A model generated the notes under the pieces. That model did no database searches, had not been told where the DNA came from, and saw only the letters and a program-made list of their open reading frames with translations. A program made the position numbers and the translations under genes. 64,000 nucleotides of DNA from Lama guanicoe (taxonomy: Eukaryota): the NCBI GenBank assembly GCA_013239625.1, contig MU054187.1, positions 20,587,280 to 20,651,279 of the forward strand, in the 5' to 3' direction. The first letter of the stretch is position 1. Every line of letters starts with the position of its first letter. Of this stretch, positions 62,146 to 64,000 are shown piece after piece.

Positions 62146-64000
62146 GAACCAGCAATTGGCAGGTGTTTCTAAGTACGATTTTGACATGATTAGCACACGC
62201 TGGAAGTTGGAGTAGACGGGGGAGACTGGTGGCGCACCGCCAAGTTAGTAGAATGTTGTCACTATTCAAGTGTGATTATAAGGCACTGCCAAGGGGCATC
62301 AAATGAAGAGACCAAACACCAGAGACATTTAAGGGAAACAAAATCAGAAATTCAGGACAACGCATTGATTTAAAACAAATACTGAGATTCCGAGCTTGGG
62401 AACGGTTCAACCTCACATCAATGCGCAGGTTTGTTCTGAAAAGAAATTCATACCCAGGTCAGAGAAAAGCATTTGTTTCATAAGTATGTGGGCAAAGTTG
62501 AACACTTTGCATCATTTATTTGGAAAATATACTTAGACTTTGGCGTTTTTAACCTGCCAAAAGAGTTTTGGTTTGGGAAGAGCCGGGCACAGGGCAGTAC
62601 ATTTGACCATGATGGTTTTTTCTTATCTATGTGATCAGGACACTAAGCAGGTGGCAGAGGTGGTCCTCCTCTTGGCATTCTGTGAGCTTTGGCTTCTCCA
62701 TATTGCCAGATTCTGCAGAGGGACAGGCTTTCTGGGGAAAAGAAAATCATATACCAAATATATGTCCTATGGAGGCGTAATACAATCACTTATGAGCAGG
62801 ACCGTAAGATTGTACTTAGCAGCTTATAGACATGAAAGTGTTCTCCAGAAAAAGCAACGGTGTTGCCCTTTCTTAGAATTTCTTCTAGCCATGACACCAA
62901 TACTGCATTGCAAAAGATATAAAGAGGAGAATTCTTTCTGGACTAAAAGGAAAATCTAAGATTTGAATTCTTTTGAGGGATCATTTGAGCCCTGGCAGGA
63001 AAGTTTTCTTTTCCAAAATTGTTAAGAACATAAATAAACTCCTTTAGCATCTAACAGCTGCATACACCCCCCCATGCTGAGAATGAATGCATTATGCAGC
63101 TTTGGAGTGCAAATGCATGTTTATCAGAGCTCAGAACAAAAACTGAGAATGTTCCAAGAACCAGACATCTGGCAAGAGCCCTGAGAGAAAGGGTAAGGTT
63201 TCCACTGGCAGTAAACCGATAACAAACTGGGGGACCTGGTGGGGATACCTAACATTAATATGCTTAAAAGTATGTTGTCATGTTTGCACTTTTACCAGGT
63301 AAGGACATAGGTATTAAGTACCAATCTGATCAATGTTCTGTGCTCGTTTCATTTCACAATATCTAGACTCTGTGGAAGGGAACAAAGAGAGATTACCTAA
63401 CAGTCCCATTCTTAACTCAAAAATCAATAATTAAAAAAAATTCATATAGAGGTTGTCTTTAGAACACAGAGCATGTTTTTAGATGTCTTTTTAAAGGATT
63501 TGTTTGTTCCTGAGATTGAAACTGCTTTGTAAGAAACAAAGATTCTCACTCAAAGGCTGCATCTCAAACTCCCCCTCTGGGCTGTCTTCCAGGACACAGG
63601 CAACAAGATAAAGCCTCAACTTTTTCTGCCTTGTTCCTTCCTTCCTTTTCAGCCTGAGCCTTGATAATACTGTGTAACTGTATTGATTACCCATTCTCTT
63701 TAAACATTCTTTTCTAGGACTTTTAACCGTGGATTGTAGCAATGGACAGAAAATGGAATTTTCAATACCAGTTCAACGCTGGGTGTGATAGTAAGAAAGC
63801 CACTAACTGTCATTTTTCATGATTTATATTACACCTCAAGAGCACTCCCTGTTGCTAGTACCAAACCATATTTTTTATGTAGACTGAAATTGACACATAT
63901 TAAGGAAAATGAATCTTATTTTTGTTCATGGTCAAATCTATTTCTACATTTTACAAAAGTTTATTTACTAATCTGTTTATTTTAGGCAAAGTTCATACAG

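Noticed and set aside
62540..62959. 139-aa plus-strand ORF
   Set aside because: It has a non-ATG start, no recognisable domain and no promoter or splice support; the length is compatible with chance.

Overview
AT-rich, CpG-poor mammalian non-coding DNA with two assembly gaps (N at 1761-2315 and 3008-3330). I can support no cellular protein-coding exon, true RNA gene or CpG island, so this reads as a gene desert or a very large intron. The ORF-track entries I can assign are LINE remnants or N-gap artefacts; the rest look like chance ORFs. Six independent copies of a short tRNA-Ala(AGC)-derived SINE (vic-1-like) and cetartiodactyl-type L1 3' ends suggest a camelid genome (inference from repeat types). 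The window is mostly layered transposon debris: L1, L2, MIR, MaLR/ERVL/ERV1 LTRs and hAT elements (MER20, MER33). The most unusual structure is a 2.1-kb TSD-flanked chimeric retroelement at 4717-6868. It consists of an L1 5'UTR plus ORF1, a deleted inter-ORF spacer, two antisense ORF2 fragments, and a non-canonical tail with AATAAA and an A-tail, which looks like a half-L1 (HAL1)-type non-autonomous element. Also notable are a tRNA-like SINE variant with a distinct tail, a two-LTR MaLR, a MER41-like LTR carrying a GAS-type motif, a possible very ancient SINE tail, and a gap-flanking near-identical duplication that is probably an assembly artefact. Family names come from recalled consensus similarity, not database searches, and boundaries without TSDs are approximate.
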